Assembly: GCA_963763095.1 (NCBI GenBank)
Contig: CAVXNR010000027.1
Location: forward strand, 4,878 to 68,877
Length of the DNA stretch: 64,000 nt
Origin: Vicinamibacteria bacterium
GTDB taxonomy: Bacteria; Acidobacteriota; Vicinamibacteria; Vicinamibacterales; JAENWD01
Direction of reading: 5' to 3'
Under the pieces are notes generated by a model that ran no database searches, had not been told where the DNA came from, and saw only the letters and a program-made list of their open reading frames with translations. Within the stretch, counting starts at the first letter, position 1. Every line of letters starts with the position of its first letter. Positions 1-10,344 of this stretch are shown one piece after another. The translations under genes were made by a program, and so were the position numbers.

Positions 1-778
1 CGAGCGCCGCCGGCGGGTCGCTCGCGTCGAAGACGAAGAGATCGTACAAGCCCGGAACGATCCACTCCGGTGGCGGAAGCCCCTTGGCGAGCGCCTGCTG
101 CTGGTTCTGCTCGTTCTGTGGGATTCGATCGGCGTCGGTGGGCTTCCAGGGCAGGAACAGGCCGCGATCCGGCTTCCGCAGGTCGACTTGAACCCAGGGT
201 GTGGGTACGAACAGGCCCCAGCCGCCGGTGCCGAGCAGCATCGCCACCGGGTTGCGCGAGCCGTACATGTCGGCCTGCCACCGCGGTTGCATGGTGTCGA
301 GCTGTCCGCGGCGGTCGAACTGAACCGGGTGCTCGCGCCAGTTGGCCCCGCGCGGCGGCAGCGGACCTCCTTCGCCCATCCCGAGGACCGGGTGCTCGTC
401 GAGCATGAACGACAGGTTGCCGTCGTCCTCGAACGTGAGGCGCTGCACGACGCGGCCGTTGCCGCTCCTGACGGTCAGGGTCAGGGGACCAGCCGCTGCT
501 TCGACGGTGAACGCCCCTACCTTCCTCTGCACCGGCGCGGCAATCTCGCGCAGCGTCAGGCCGGGAGCCGGGTACGGCCGACGAGCGATGGCCGGGTGCT
601 CGGGAAACCGTTCCGTGAACGTCAACGGTTTGAGAGTCACCCGGATGCTCCGTTTGCCCGCCACCCGGACATCGAGCTGGGCAGGCTGGCCGGCCGCCGT
701 GATGGCTTGCGCCTGGGCCAGGCTGTAGGGGAGTGCGATCAGTGAGGCGACGAGCAGGAACCGCTGAAACACACGCAT
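1..778 (-). CDS. Secreted glycoside hydrolase family 31-like protein, N-terminal part (runs off window start)
   Basis: Manual translation from ATG at 778: signal peptide MRVFQRFLLVASLIALPYSLAQA, then ...LGMGEGG...QFDRRG...YGSRNPVAMLLGTGGWGLFV...YDLFVFDASDP. This resembles the GH31 N-terminal beta domain. Catalytic domain not in window; absent from the ORF track. Confidence 0.6.
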   Translation of the reverse strand, partial: MRVFQRFLLVASLIALPYSLAQAQAITAAGQPAQLDVRVAGKRSIRVTLKPLTFTERFPEHPAIARRPYPAPGLTLREIAAPVQRKVGAFTVEAAAGPLTLTVRSGNGRVVQRLTFEDDGNLSFMLDEHPVLGMGEGGPLPPRGANWREHPVQFDRRGQLDTMQPRWQADMYGSRNPVAMLLGTGGWGLFVPTPWVQVDLRKPDRGLFLPWKPTDADRIPQNEQNQQQALAKGLPPPEWIVPGLYDLFVFDASDPPAAL

Positions 779-874
779 GTCGGGGGGCTGCTTTCTCGAG
801 AGACGGATCCTCGACGAGTTGACGAAAGCTGCGTTTCCGGCCGGCAGGCTTCGAGCGGCAGATGATGGGAATCG

Positions 875-2569
875 CTAGGCTGTCTTTACCGCAGCGGCTC
901 GGCTCAGGCCGAGCTCTTCGATAGAGACTTCGCGCATTCTGAACTTCTGAATCTTTCCGGTGACGGTCGTGGGAAATTCGGCCGTAAACCTGACGTAGCG
1001 CGGAATCTTGCAGGCGGCGATCTGACCGCGGCAGAACTCACGGATCTCGTCTTCGGTCGCGGTCTGATCCTCGCAGAGTCGAACCCACGCGCAGACCTCT
1101 TCGCCGTATCTGATATCGGGGACGCCGATCACCTGCACTTCGCTGACCTTCGGGTGCGTATAGAGGAATTCCTCGATTTCCCGCGGGTAGATGTTTTCGC
1201 CGCCCCTGATGATCATGTCCTTCAAACGCCCCGAGACGTTCACGTAACCGGTGTCGTGCATCACCGCGAGATCGCCGGTGTGCATCCAGCCCGCCACGTC
1301 AACGGCGCTGGCGGTCGCCTCGGGGTTGTTCCAGTATCCCAGCATGACGGAGTAGCCGCGCGTGCACAGCTCGCCGGCCGTGCCGCGAGGAACCACGGCG
1401 CCACTCACCGGGTCGATGATCTTGCACTCGAGGTGCGGGTGGACGCGGCCGATCGTCGCGACGCGCAACGCGATCGCATCGTCAACGGCCGATTGAAATG
1501 AGACCGGCGACGTTTCGGTCATTCCATAGCAGATGGTGACTTCCGGCACGTGCATCCGTTCGATCACGCTCCGCATGACTTCAATTGGACAGGGCGCGCC
1601 GGCCATGATGCCCGTGCGCAGCGAATCGAGACGGAACGAGTCGAACGATCGATGATCGAGCTCGGCGATGAACATGGTCGGAACACCGTAGACGGAGGTG
1701 CACCGCTCGGTCTCGATCGCGCGCAGCGTCGCCTCGGCCTCGAACGTCTCGGCGGGAATGACGACGGCGGCGCCATGCGTGACGGCAGCAAGATTCGCCA
1801 TGACACAGCCGAAACAATGGTAGAAGGGCACGGGCACGCAAATGCGATCCTCGTGCGTGTACTTGAGAGCCTCGCCAACGAAGAATCCATTGTTCAGAAT
1901 GTTGTGATGCGAGAGCGTGGCTCCCTTCGGCGATCCGGTGGTGCCCGACGTGTACTGAATGTTGGCCGGGTCGTCGAATTGCAGCTGCCCTTCACGTGCG
2001 CTGAGATCCTGCGCCGGGACGCGGTCGCCGAGCCGAACGAAATCGGCCCATGCCATGCCGCCGGGCGCGGCGTCGCTGCCGAGATAAATCAGGTGCTCGA
2101 GTGCTGGGACCTTTTCGGCTCCGAGCGGACCGTGACGCGGCCGCGTCAGTTCCGGCATCAACGTGGTCAGCATCTCGACGTAGTCCGTCTTGCGGAAGCG
2201 GCGTGCCGTCACGAGCACGCTGATCCCGGACTGATTCAGCGCGTATTCGAGCTCGCGCAATCGGTACGACGGGTTGACATTGACGAGAATCGCGCCAGCC
2301 TTCGCCGCCGCGTACTGCACGATGAGCCACTCGGCGGTATTGGCGCTCCAGATCCCGACCCTGTCTCCTCGCTCGACGCCAAGCGCCAGCAGGGCGCGCG
2401 CCACCTGGTTCACTTCCCGCAGCAGGTCGTCGTAGGTGTAGCGGAGATTCTGGTGGCAGGAGACGAGCGCGTCTCGACTGCCGAATCGCGCAGCGGCGCG
2501 GTCGAGCGCCGCGCCGATCGTTTCGCCAAGCAGTGGCATGGAACCGGTGCCGTGTACATACGACAGCAT
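875..2569 (-). CDS. AMP-binding acyl-CoA synthetase (fatty-acid--CoA ligase)
   Basis: Motifs [49 protein letters not shown]; start placed at MLSYVHG. Confidence 0.95.
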   Translation of the reverse strand: MLSYVHGTGSMPLLGETIGAALDRAAARFGSRDALVSCHQNLRYTYDDLLREVNQVARALLALGVERGDRVGIWSANTAEWLIVQYAAAKAGAILVNVNPSYRLRELEYALNQSGISVLVTARRFRKTDYVEMLTTLMPELTRPRHGPLGAEKVPALEHLIYLGSDAAPGGMAWADFVRLGDRVPAQDLSAREGQLQFDDPANIQYTSGTTGSPKGATLSHHNILNNGFFVGEALKYTHEDRICVPVPFYHCFGCVMANLAAVTHGAAVVIPAETFEAEATLRAIETERCTSVYGVPTMFIAELDHRSFDSFRLDSLRTGIMAGAPCPIEVMRSVIERMHVPEVTICYGMTETSPVSFQSAVDDAIALRVATIGRVHPHLECKIIDPVSGAVVPRGTAGELCTRGYSVMLGYWNNPEATASAVDVAGWMHTGDLAVMHDTGYVNVSGRLKDMIIRGGENIYPREIEEFLYTHPKVSEVQVIGVPDIRYGEEVCAWVRLCEDQTATEDEIREFCRGQIAACKIPRYVRFTAEFPTTVTGKIQKFRMREVSIEELGLSRAAAVKTA

Positions 2570-2669
2570 GATCGCGCCACTATACTCCCATCGCTCGAAC
2601 CGACGGAGTGCCGGCAACAACCTGCGCCCTACCGCACGGAACCTGGAAGGACGGACGTTTCGCGCGGCC

Positions 2670-2759
2670 TGCTCCTGCGCCCTTCGTTAAGAAGACCGAG
2701 AAGACGCCGGCCGCCGAGATCATCTGGCACTCCAAAGGGCCAAGGAACTGAAGCCATGA
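2670..2759 (+). pseudogene. 3' remnant of RelE/HigB (Gp49-like) toxin
   Basis: Translates (with one indel) to [28 protein letters not shown]; stop overlaps the ATG of the following HTH gene (ATGA). Confidence 0.7.
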
Positions 2760-3012
2760 CGAAGATTAGCGAACTCCATCGCCGTTGGAGCAAGGATACC
2801 GACTACAAGGAGGCCTACGGCGCCCCTGGGTGGGGAGTTCGACCTCGCGCGGGCGCTGATCGAGGCGCGGACGGCCGCCGGCCTGTCGCAGTCACAGCTG
2901 GCGCGGCGCATGAAGACTTCGCAGTCGTACATCGCCCGCATCGAGGGCGGGACAGTGCGCCCGTCGACGGATGCGCTGGAACGCTTCGCGCAGGCGAAGC
3001 GCACTCGTCTCC
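2756..3012 (+). pseudogene. XRE/HigA-type HTH antitoxin, frameshifted and 3'-truncated
   Basis: MTKISELHRRWSKDTDYKEAY / EFDLARALIEARTAAGLSQSQLARRMKTSQSYIARIEGG; frameshift near 2825-2835. Confidence 0.8.
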
Positions 3013-3203
3013 GTTGCCGCGCGCGTATCGCCTCGATAGCACGGAAGTCCGGATCCGGCGCCGTGGCCGTGCCATCGTGCGGGAGCCGGTTCTGGGAGTG
3101 GCTCGACGCCCTCGCGGGTGAGGTCGATGAGGACTTCGTGTCGGCTGTGGGTGCACAGCCGGAGGCGACAGAGCGGCCTGAGCTCGGCAAGGTGTTCGGC
3201 TGA
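3010..3203 (+). pseudogene. VapB (AbrB/MazE-type) antitoxin remnant lacking its N-terminus
   Basis: LPRAYRLDSTEVRIRRRGRAIVREPV / WEWLDALAGEVDEDF...ERPELGKVFG*. Confidence 0.7.
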
Positions 3204-3580
3204 TGTAATCTCCTCGACGCGAACCGCGTAATGCGCTACTCACCGACTCGACCTCGCCGATCGCGCGCCGATTCGTCGCTACGCGCCCAGGGATTTCGGT
3301 GTCTCGGCGGTCGTCATCCACGAGCTGGACCACCGGTGCGTTCAAGAGTCAGTGGGTGGAGAAGAACGCGGCCCTCGTGCACGCGCTCCAGTTTCCGGTT
3401 CTGGAGCTCGATCAGAAGACGCCAGGCGGGCTGGCGAGGTTCGTGCGTACCTCGCATCGAACGGGACGCCAATCGGTTCTTACGATGTGCTGATCGCCGG
3501 TCACGCAAGGCCCGCAGGTTGACACTCGTCACCCGCAACACCACGTAGTTCCAACGCGTGCCGGCCTGAACGTCGAGGAA
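3203..3580 (+). pseudogene. VapC PIN-domain toxin, multiply disrupted
   Basis: Fragments LLDAN, VSAVVIHEL, DARRAGEVRAYLASNGTPIGSYDVLIAGHAR, LTLVTRNT*FQRVP with stops and frameshifts. Confidence 0.8.
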
Positions 3581-3862
3581 AGGACGGGAGCAACGTCGCC
3601 TCTCCGCGGCGTCCCGGGTTCCGAGGTCGGAGGCCAAGCCTCGCTTTGAGTAACGGGTCACATCCTTCGCGGCATTTTGTCCACGGATACCGGTCCGGCC
3701 ATCTGCACAGCAGGCTGTGGTGCTGGGAACCCGGAGGGACTCCTGGCCACCGGTGACGCGCCGCAGGCGAGTGGAGGGTGCGCGCATCTACCTGCCCACC
3801 AGTCATGATCGCCGGGCACGCGGTTTCAGCGCACCCCGATGCAGCGACGGATGGACGCAGGA

Positions 3863-6388
3863 CTACTGGTCGAAGCCCAGTTTCTGGCGGAGCGTTTGGA
3901 CGCGCGGGTCGCCTCGTAAAGCGGTCAGCTCGGGATAGTTGAGATACGCCCCGGCCCGTCGAGGGTTCTGAAGCGCCAGCCGCTCGAGGGCCTCAAATGC
4001 GTGGTCTTTGTCGCCGAGTCCGGCATAGATCACGGCCTGCCGGTTGGGAAGGTGCGCGTTGCGCGCGGCGAGCAACTCCGCCTCGGCACGCCGGCCGGTG
4101 ATCGCATAGACGTATCCGATTCCATGCTCGTTGTAGAACGGGCGTTTGTTGAACAGGGCAAGCGCTTCGTCCGTCCGGCCCTTGGCGGCAAGCGCGCGCG
4201 CGCAGTGCTCTTCGGCGAAAGGAAAGTCAGGATCCTCAGCGACCACGCGTCCGCAGTTGGCCAGCGCAGCGTCAAACTGACCGGCGCTGAGCTGGATTCG
4301 CGCGAGAACATTTCGCAAATCCATCGACAGCGGATCGGCTTCGAGCGCCGCCTGCAATGTAGCGATCGCTTCGTCGAGCCTTCCCCACGGCTCCAATGTC
4401 GAAAGGACAAAATCCCCGTAGACTGCCGTAATCGTCGGGTCGAGCCTGATTGCGTGCCGGAAGGATGCCTCGGCGTCCACCCAGCGGAGTGCGAGTGCGT
4501 GCATATACGCCTTCGCCGCATGAGCTTCGGCCAGCATGGGATCGATCTCGAGCGCCTTGTCGGTCAGCGGCGCCATTCGCGCCATCGCCTCGCGTGGCGC
4601 AAGGGCGAAGCCATCGGGGTTCGGCCACGACATGGTCAGGTCGCCGTGGATCGCCGCGAGCGCAGCATAGGCCGGCGCAAATGACGGATCCCTGCGAATC
4701 ACCTCTTCGAGCAGAGGAATGGCCTCACGTGCTTTCGACAGCCGCATGTCGCGCAGCGCGCGAGATCTCAAGTAGGTGACGTACGTCGCGATATCAGTGC
4801 CGTAGCGTCGCTGCGACGACCCCAGCTTCAGGCGAAGCTTGTTGACAATCGTCCGGGCGATCTCGGTGAAGACGTCGGTGAGATCACCCGCAGACCCGAC
4901 CTCACGCGTCAGCGTGTCTGTCCACACTGGTTCGCCGCCCGCGCCCGGCAGGAGCGCGGCGCGAATCACCAGCCTGCCTGCGGAGAACTGCACATCCCCT
5001 TCGACGACGAGATTCGCGCGCAGTTGCCTGGCGACACTGGCCAGATCCAGACGCTTGTCCCTCAGGCTGAAGGAAGACTGCTGGAAGGTCACCTTCAGCC
5101 CGTCGATGAGTCCAAGCTGCTGGATGAGTCCAGCGGTGAGAGAATCGACCAGCAGATCGCTCCCCGGGTCCGTTCCGAGGTTTCTGAATGGCACCACGAC
5201 GATGAGCGGACCGCTGTCAGAACTCGATGCTCCCGTGATCAAGCTGACGATCCGGCTGCGCAAGCTGCGCTCGTCCCCGGCGAGACGAGCGCGAACCTCG
5301 GAGGCGGCAAGGGCGACAAGGAGAACGGCGGCAGCCGCGGCTAACCCATACCGTAACCGCATCATTCCCCGACGCGGTTCAAGGGCAGACAAATCTCGAC
5401 CCAGCGCGTCGGCGTCCGCGTAGCGGCGCTCCGGCTCGGGATCGCAGGCGCGTTCGATCGCCCGCACGAGAGGCTGACCAACATCGGAACGCAATGTGCG
5501 AAGGGGGATGCGCTCATTCCGGTCGTGGGCGTGGCAGAGGTCCTCAACCGTTCGGCTGCGGACCGGATACGAACACGTGAGCATGTGATACAGCAGCACA
5601 CCCAGGCTGTAGATATCGCTTTGCGGCGTCGCAGCGCCACCCGCGAGCACCTCCGGCGCGAGGTACAGCGGCGTACCCGTGAGATCCGGCGGTGACGAAT
5701 CGTGCGCGTCCCTGCCAGCGCCGAAGTCCATTAGAACTACGCGCCCGTCGTCGGCGAGCATCACGTTGTGTGCCTTGATGTCGCGATGAAGCAGGCCCGC
5801 GCTGTGGACTGCGGATACGGCACCGCAGATCTCGGTCCCGAGGCGTGCCGTTTCGGCGGCGCTGAACGGTGTACCGTTCCGGAGGACCTGCTCCAGCGTG
5901 CGGCCACGCACGAGTTCCATCCACAGCCCGATTCGATCGTTTATTTGTTCGGCGCCATAAATGGTCAGGACGTTCGGATGCCGCACGCGCGCGAGCATTC
6001 GCCCCTCATGGATGATGGACGACGTTGGTGGGCCGCCAGGTGAGTGGCCGCGCGGGAGCAGTTTCAGCGCGACTTCCCGATCCAGCCGCGTGTCCCACGC
6101 ACGGAACACCTCGCCGTACGCGCCCTCGCCAATCCTTTCCACCAGTCGAAACGGCCCCCAGGAGCCCATCCCCCTGTCGCCCTCGATAGTCTGGGAAGGA
6201 GTTGGCATGTCTGCGGTGGTGAGCAATTGACTGCCGTGCACCACGTCAATCCCGGCGATCACCTTCAGCTCGCGTATGACGTGACGGATTGATTCGTCTG
6301 CGCCCGATTCCGCCTTCGCCCAGTCGACCGAGGTGCCATCGAGGATCGCTTGGGCAAGTTCGTGCAGGTGGGCGTCGCCGTCGGTCAT
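3863..6388 (-). CDS. Hanks-type Ser/Thr protein kinase with TM helix, TolB-N-like domain and TPR repeats
   Basis: GEGAYGEV, VALK, HRDIKAHN, DFG, GTPLYLAPE; hydrophobic segment GLAAAAAVLLVALAA; VVPFRNL domain; TPR-like C-terminus. Confidence 0.93.
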   Translation of the reverse strand: MTDGDAHLHELAQAILDGTSVDWAKAESGADESIRHVIRELKVIAGIDVVHGSQLLTTADMPTPSQTIEGDRGMGSWGPFRLVERIGEGAYGEVFRAWDTRLDREVALKLLPRGHSPGGPPTSSIIHEGRMLARVRHPNVLTIYGAEQINDRIGLWMELVRGRTLEQVLRNGTPFSAAETARLGTEICGAVSAVHSAGLLHRDIKAHNVMLADDGRVVLMDFGAGRDAHDSSPPDLTGTPLYLAPEVLAGGAATPQSDIYSLGVLLYHMLTCSYPVRSRTVEDLCHAHDRNERIPLRTLRSDVGQPLVRAIERACDPEPERRYADADALGRDLSALEPRRGMMRLRYGLAAAAAVLLVALAASEVRARLAGDERSLRSRIVSLITGASSSDSGPLIVVVPFRNLGTDPGSDLLVDSLTAGLIQQLGLIDGLKVTFQQSSFSLRDKRLDLASVARQLRANLVVEGDVQFSAGRLVIRAALLPGAGGEPVWTDTLTREVGSAGDLTDVFTEIARTIVNKLRLKLGSSQRRYGTDIATYVTYLRSRALRDMRLSKAREAIPLLEEVIRRDPSFAPAYAALAAIHGDLTMSWPNPDGFALAPREAMARMAPLTDKALEIDPMLAEAHAAKAYMHALALRWVDAEASFRHAIRLDPTITAVYGDFVLSTLEPWGRLDEAIATLQAALEADPLSMDLRNVLARIQLSAGQFDAALANCGRVVAEDPDFPFAEEHCARALAAKGRTDEALALFNKRPFYNEHGIGYVYAITGRRAEAELLAARNAHLPNRQAVIYAGLGDKDHAFEALERLALQNPRRAGAYLNYPELTALRGDPRVQTLRQKLGFDQ

Positions 6389-7026
6389 ATCTTGGTGTCG
6401 CCCATTTTCTTCGCCAGCCGTACCAGCGCACGTCCGAGCGCCATGCGGGCGGCGTTGGCAGTCGGTTTGTTCAGCAGCTCGGCGATCTCCGGGTTCGTAT
6501 ATCCGAGCTCAACGCGCGCGACGATGACTTCGCGATCCTCTGCTTCCAGCTCGGCGAGCGCACGCTCGTAGCGTTCGAGGGCCTCCCGGCCAATTGCGTG
6601 CTCGAGCGGGGACCAACCGTCATTCTCTTGCTGAGAGTCCAGGTCGACCTTCGGCGGCTTTCGTTTGGCGCGCCGGAGCTCTTCCCGGATCCGATTGAGA
6701 ATCGCATGGCGCAGGTATGCCTGAAGTGCCCCCTCCCCGCGCCATTCGAAGTTCTCGATCCCCTTAAATGTCTGAAACAGGGTCTCCTGCACAAGGTCCT
6801 GTGTGTCGGCGATGTCGCGCGCCCACCGCGGAAGCCGCCCGGCCGCCCATCGCACCAGGCGAGGCCGGTAGCGTGCAACGAGTGTCTCGAGTGCGGCCTG
6901 GTCGCCGTTCTGGGCGAGCTCCAGGAGCGACGAGGACAGACGCTCGTCAGAGCCATGTGACGACTTGAGGGCGCGATGAGCCATAAGGTTCCAGTGCCGC
7001 GAGCCCTCATCACTAACCGCCGCCAT
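6385..7026 (-). CDS. ECF sigma-70 factor (kinase-associated); true start may be ~6984
   Basis: Region 2 DTQDLVQET...AYLRHAILNRIRE and region 4 LEAEDREVIVARVELGYTNPEIAELL; stop overlaps the kinase start. Confidence 0.9.
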   Translation of the reverse strand: MAAVSDEGSRHWNLMAHRALKSSHGSDERLSSSLLELAQNGDQAALETLVARYRPRLVRWAAGRLPRWARDIADTQDLVQETLFQTFKGIENFEWRGEGALQAYLRHAILNRIREELRRAKRKPPKVDLDSQQENDGWSPLEHAIGREALERYERALAELEAEDREVIVARVELGYTNPEIAELLNKPTANAARMALGRALVRLAKKMGDTKI

Positions 7027-7095
7027 CGGAATGGGTCCCTATGATAAGGCCGTGTGCACTTTTCGCGAATCCAGCATTTAGGTGTGTGAGGGTAC

Positions 7096-7590
7096 ATGAT
7101 GACCAGTGCCGCACCGGCCCATCCGGCGATCGTTCTGACGCTTTTGATGGTTGGGTGTTCGGCCCCCGTGTCGCCATCGCCGCCAGCCGTGGCGGCCGGC
7201 CGCACGGTTGAACTGCCCGCAACGGTGAACCAAAACGTCAGCCAGCCCGAACTCCCGGCATGGATAGCGGAGCCGGGCGTGTTGCCGGCTGGGCTGCGAG
7301 GCCTGAACAACTGTACGTTCCCCTTCGGGAACACCACGGTCCAATGGGACTTTCATCCGGACGGCGCCTGCTGGGAGCACCCGGCGCTGGATGGATGGAC
7401 GCGGAATCAGCAACATCGCCTCCATGCCGCCTCTGTTCCGCTGTGCGGCGGCGGGCCAGGTGACGTTTTCCCGATTCGAATGTGCCGCCCGGGTGGGCCC
7501 GGACAACCGGGACCATCTCCAGCGTGCGAGACTCCGACGACTGGCCCGAACGGGTGCGTTATCTGCGTCCGTTCCGTCGTTTGTCACTGA
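7096..7590 (+). CDS. Hypothetical Cys-rich lipoprotein
   Basis: Hydrophobic leader ending LLMVGC (lipobox-like), 8 further Cys, GAGGG upstream of ATG. Confidence 0.6.
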   Translation: MMTSAAPAHPAIVLTLLMVGCSAPVSPSPPAVAAGRTVELPATVNQNVSQPELPAWIAEPGVLPAGLRGLNNCTFPFGNTTVQWDFHPDGACWEHPALDGWTRNQQHRLHAASVPLCGGGPGDVFPIRMCRPGGPGQPGPSPACETPTTGPNGCVICVRSVVCH

Positions 7591-8062
7591 GCTATATGCC
7601 TGACAGCAGGAACGGTGCAACGAGCGACTCGAAGATCCCATGAATCGGGTCGCAGGTGTCTGTTTGCCCGTGCGAGAGATCGACGAGTCGGTCACAACAA
7701 CGGCACGTTTCGATGGCAGCGGGGTATCAGTGGAACGCCCACCCAGAGGGGGCCTGCCGGAACACGTTGTAGCGGACGGATGGACTCGGCAAGAGTTTTC
7801 AAAAAATCCAGATCCCAGTTTTCCGCTCCTGCGGGGCGTCCGGGCGACGCGACCGGGACCCGAGAGCACCTCGCCGACGATGGCTGACCGCGAATGCATC
7901 GCGCATACCGCTCGGCTGGGGCTCAGGTGTCGAGGAATCGGGTGATCGAGCAGCCGTGGGCCCTGTTCGGGAGTGAGCCAGTTCCCGAGACGGAAGCCAA
8001 GGCGACCGACGCCTTTGATGCGGCGGATGCGGCGGGGAGTTCAGGGCTCGAACTGTTTGGGA

Positions 8063-10335
8063 TCAAGGCTTTGCCACGATCAGGTACAACCGGATCGCAG
8101 TGGCCAGATACAGCGCATCGCCGATCAGCGCCGGAGGCGAATAGAGCGGCGCATCCATCTCGATCTGCCCCAGCAACTGCTTTCGCCGTCCGGCACGAAG
8201 AACGGTCATGCTGCCTTCAACGTTCCCAACGTAAAGCCGGTCGCCGGCCAGCAGGAGGCTTCCCCAAATGGCCTCGTTCGTCTCGTGCTTCCAGATGTGG
8301 GCGCCGGTCGCCGCGTCCAGACAATGAATCGTTCCGCCCAGGTCCCCAACGTACAGTAGACCGTCGTTCGCAATGGGCGTTCCCACCACGCGACCGACCT
8401 CGCGAGAAGTCCAGAGGAGCCTGCTCCCGGTGACGTCTCCCTGGCCGTTGGGACTGATCGCGTGAATCAATGAGGGTCCGTTGCCGTGCCCAGGACTCTG
8501 TCCCATCGCAACGAAGACGCGGCCGTCGGCGAAGACCGGTGAAGCAATGATAGAGCTGCGCGAAAGGACTCCGGGTCGCGGAAGCCAGCGGACGTCTTTC
8601 GGATTGCCGTCAAATCGCCAGATTTCGTGACCCGACGCCGCGTCGTAGGAGCGCAGCCACCCATCTCCTCCGCCAAAGAGCACCTGTATGCGCCCATTGA
8701 CATTGGCCGCCACAGGGCTGGACCACTGGCCGTGCAGCACCTGCTCGCCCGGGCCGATGGCGCGCCAGACCACTTCGCCCGAACGCTTGTCCACCGCGAT
8801 CAGACTTGGGGCGCGCGGCGATGGGACGCGCGTGTGGCCTTCATTCTGCCCGTTGGAGGTAGAGACCATCAGCAGATCACCTACGGGCAACACTTCGCTA
8901 TTGGTGGCTTCATGCGGAAAGACACCCAGGCGGCCACACATGTCCAACTCCCAGACGATGTCGGCCGCAGCGTTGTCCTGGAAGACCTCATCCCGATACG
9001 GGCCATTGTTCTCGCCATCACGAAAACCCTGTGTGTCGAGGCAACGGAGTTGGCACTCGGCGGTGACATAGTACAACCGGTTCCCTTCCACATACGGCGT
9101 ACTTGTCGTCGAAGGCAACAGAAACTCTCGCAGACCTCGCTCTACTCGCGGGGCCACGTCCTGCCACAGGAATGTGCCATCCTTCGCGTGAAATGCCACG
9201 AGCACGCCGGCGTCGTCCTGGTAGGCGGGGTTCATGTGCCTTGCGTTGTCGGTGCCCACATAGACCGCATCGCCAGCAACCACGGGACGACCATACGTTT
9301 CGTTTCCCAGCTCGACACTCCAGACGATGTTCCGACCGGTGGTCGTATCCCAGTCGATTGGAGGATTGCCCGTGTGGACGACTGTGCGTCGGGAGTGGGG
9401 GCGCGACGGAAGGCGCGGGCACAACGTGTGACGCGACAGGCGCTCCAGATGTGACTCCAGCGATTCGACTCAACGCCCACTCTGCTTCGCTACGCAATGC
9501 GGGATCGTGTGCTGCGGCCCTCAGCGCCTCTCGGGCCGACTGTGCCTTCGGTCCGATGCTTCCCAGAGCTCCGGCCGCGAAGATACGCACATAGAGGAAT
9601 TCATCCTCCAGAGCTTCGATTAACTGCGGCACTGCAGACTGCGCAGCCGGGCCGATGCTGGCGAGGGCCTCACACGCCGCCCATCGAACGCCGGGAATGG
9701 AATCGCCCAGGGCCTCTGCCAAGGCGTGTGTGGCTGTGGCCGCGTTCGGACCGATGGACGCCAAAGCCTCCGCCGCGTAGACGCGGACGTATGGATCCTC
9801 GTGCGAGAGAGTATTGACGAGAGCGCCTACCGAAGGGCTGGCCCTCTTGCCCAAAGCGCCCAGGGCACGTGCGGCATCGCCCGCGACTATCGAATCCTCG
9901 TCTCTCAGCGCCCGCCTCAACGCCGGTTGATTCCATTCTGTATGGGGCGCCAAGTCAATCAAGACATCGACAGCGCTGCGCCGGATGGAGTCCCACTCAT
10001 GCCGCAGCAGGTCCACCAGGAGCGGAATGGCAGGAGGACCGATCCGCCGGATGATTTCAAAAGTCAGCCACATGCAGGTCTTCATGCCCAGGGTTGAGGA
10101 ATCGTCTCAGCAAAGGTAGCGAACGCCGCGCCCCCTGGACCAGGGCGGCTTCCGCGGTTGCGCGGACCTTCGGGTCGTTGGCCTGCAGGCGATTTGCCCA
10201 GTCACGTACCAGGGCGGGGTTTCTGGAAAGACTCGACTCCGTCTGGGGCAGCGGTGATTGGGACACTGCGACCGCCTGGCTGAGGCCAGCAGCAAATACG
10301 ATTGCGAGAGCATGTTTGTTTATGAATGACATCAC
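8063..10335 (-). CDS. Secreted HEAT-repeat + PQQ-like beta-propeller protein, split by two single-base frameshifts (~10065 and ~9400)
   Basis: ORF 10057-10335 signal peptide + HEAT start; ORF 9018-10085 HEAT repeats (VRVYAAEALASIGP, VRWAACEALASIGP); ORF 8063-9424 PQQ-like blades (WSSPV, SPVFADGRVFV, SPPALIGDALY). Confidence 0.8.
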
Positions 10336-10344
10336 GTAGCCCGT

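Noticed and set aside
1550-3121. 523-aa plus-strand ORF
   Set aside because: Mostly antisense to the acyl-CoA synthetase; only short segments near its end (HigA N-terminus, VapB segment) belong to the TA remnants
7600-8060. Short ORFs downstream of the Cys-rich lipoprotein
   Set aside because: No coherent protein motif or RBS; possibly decayed sequence, cannot be assigned
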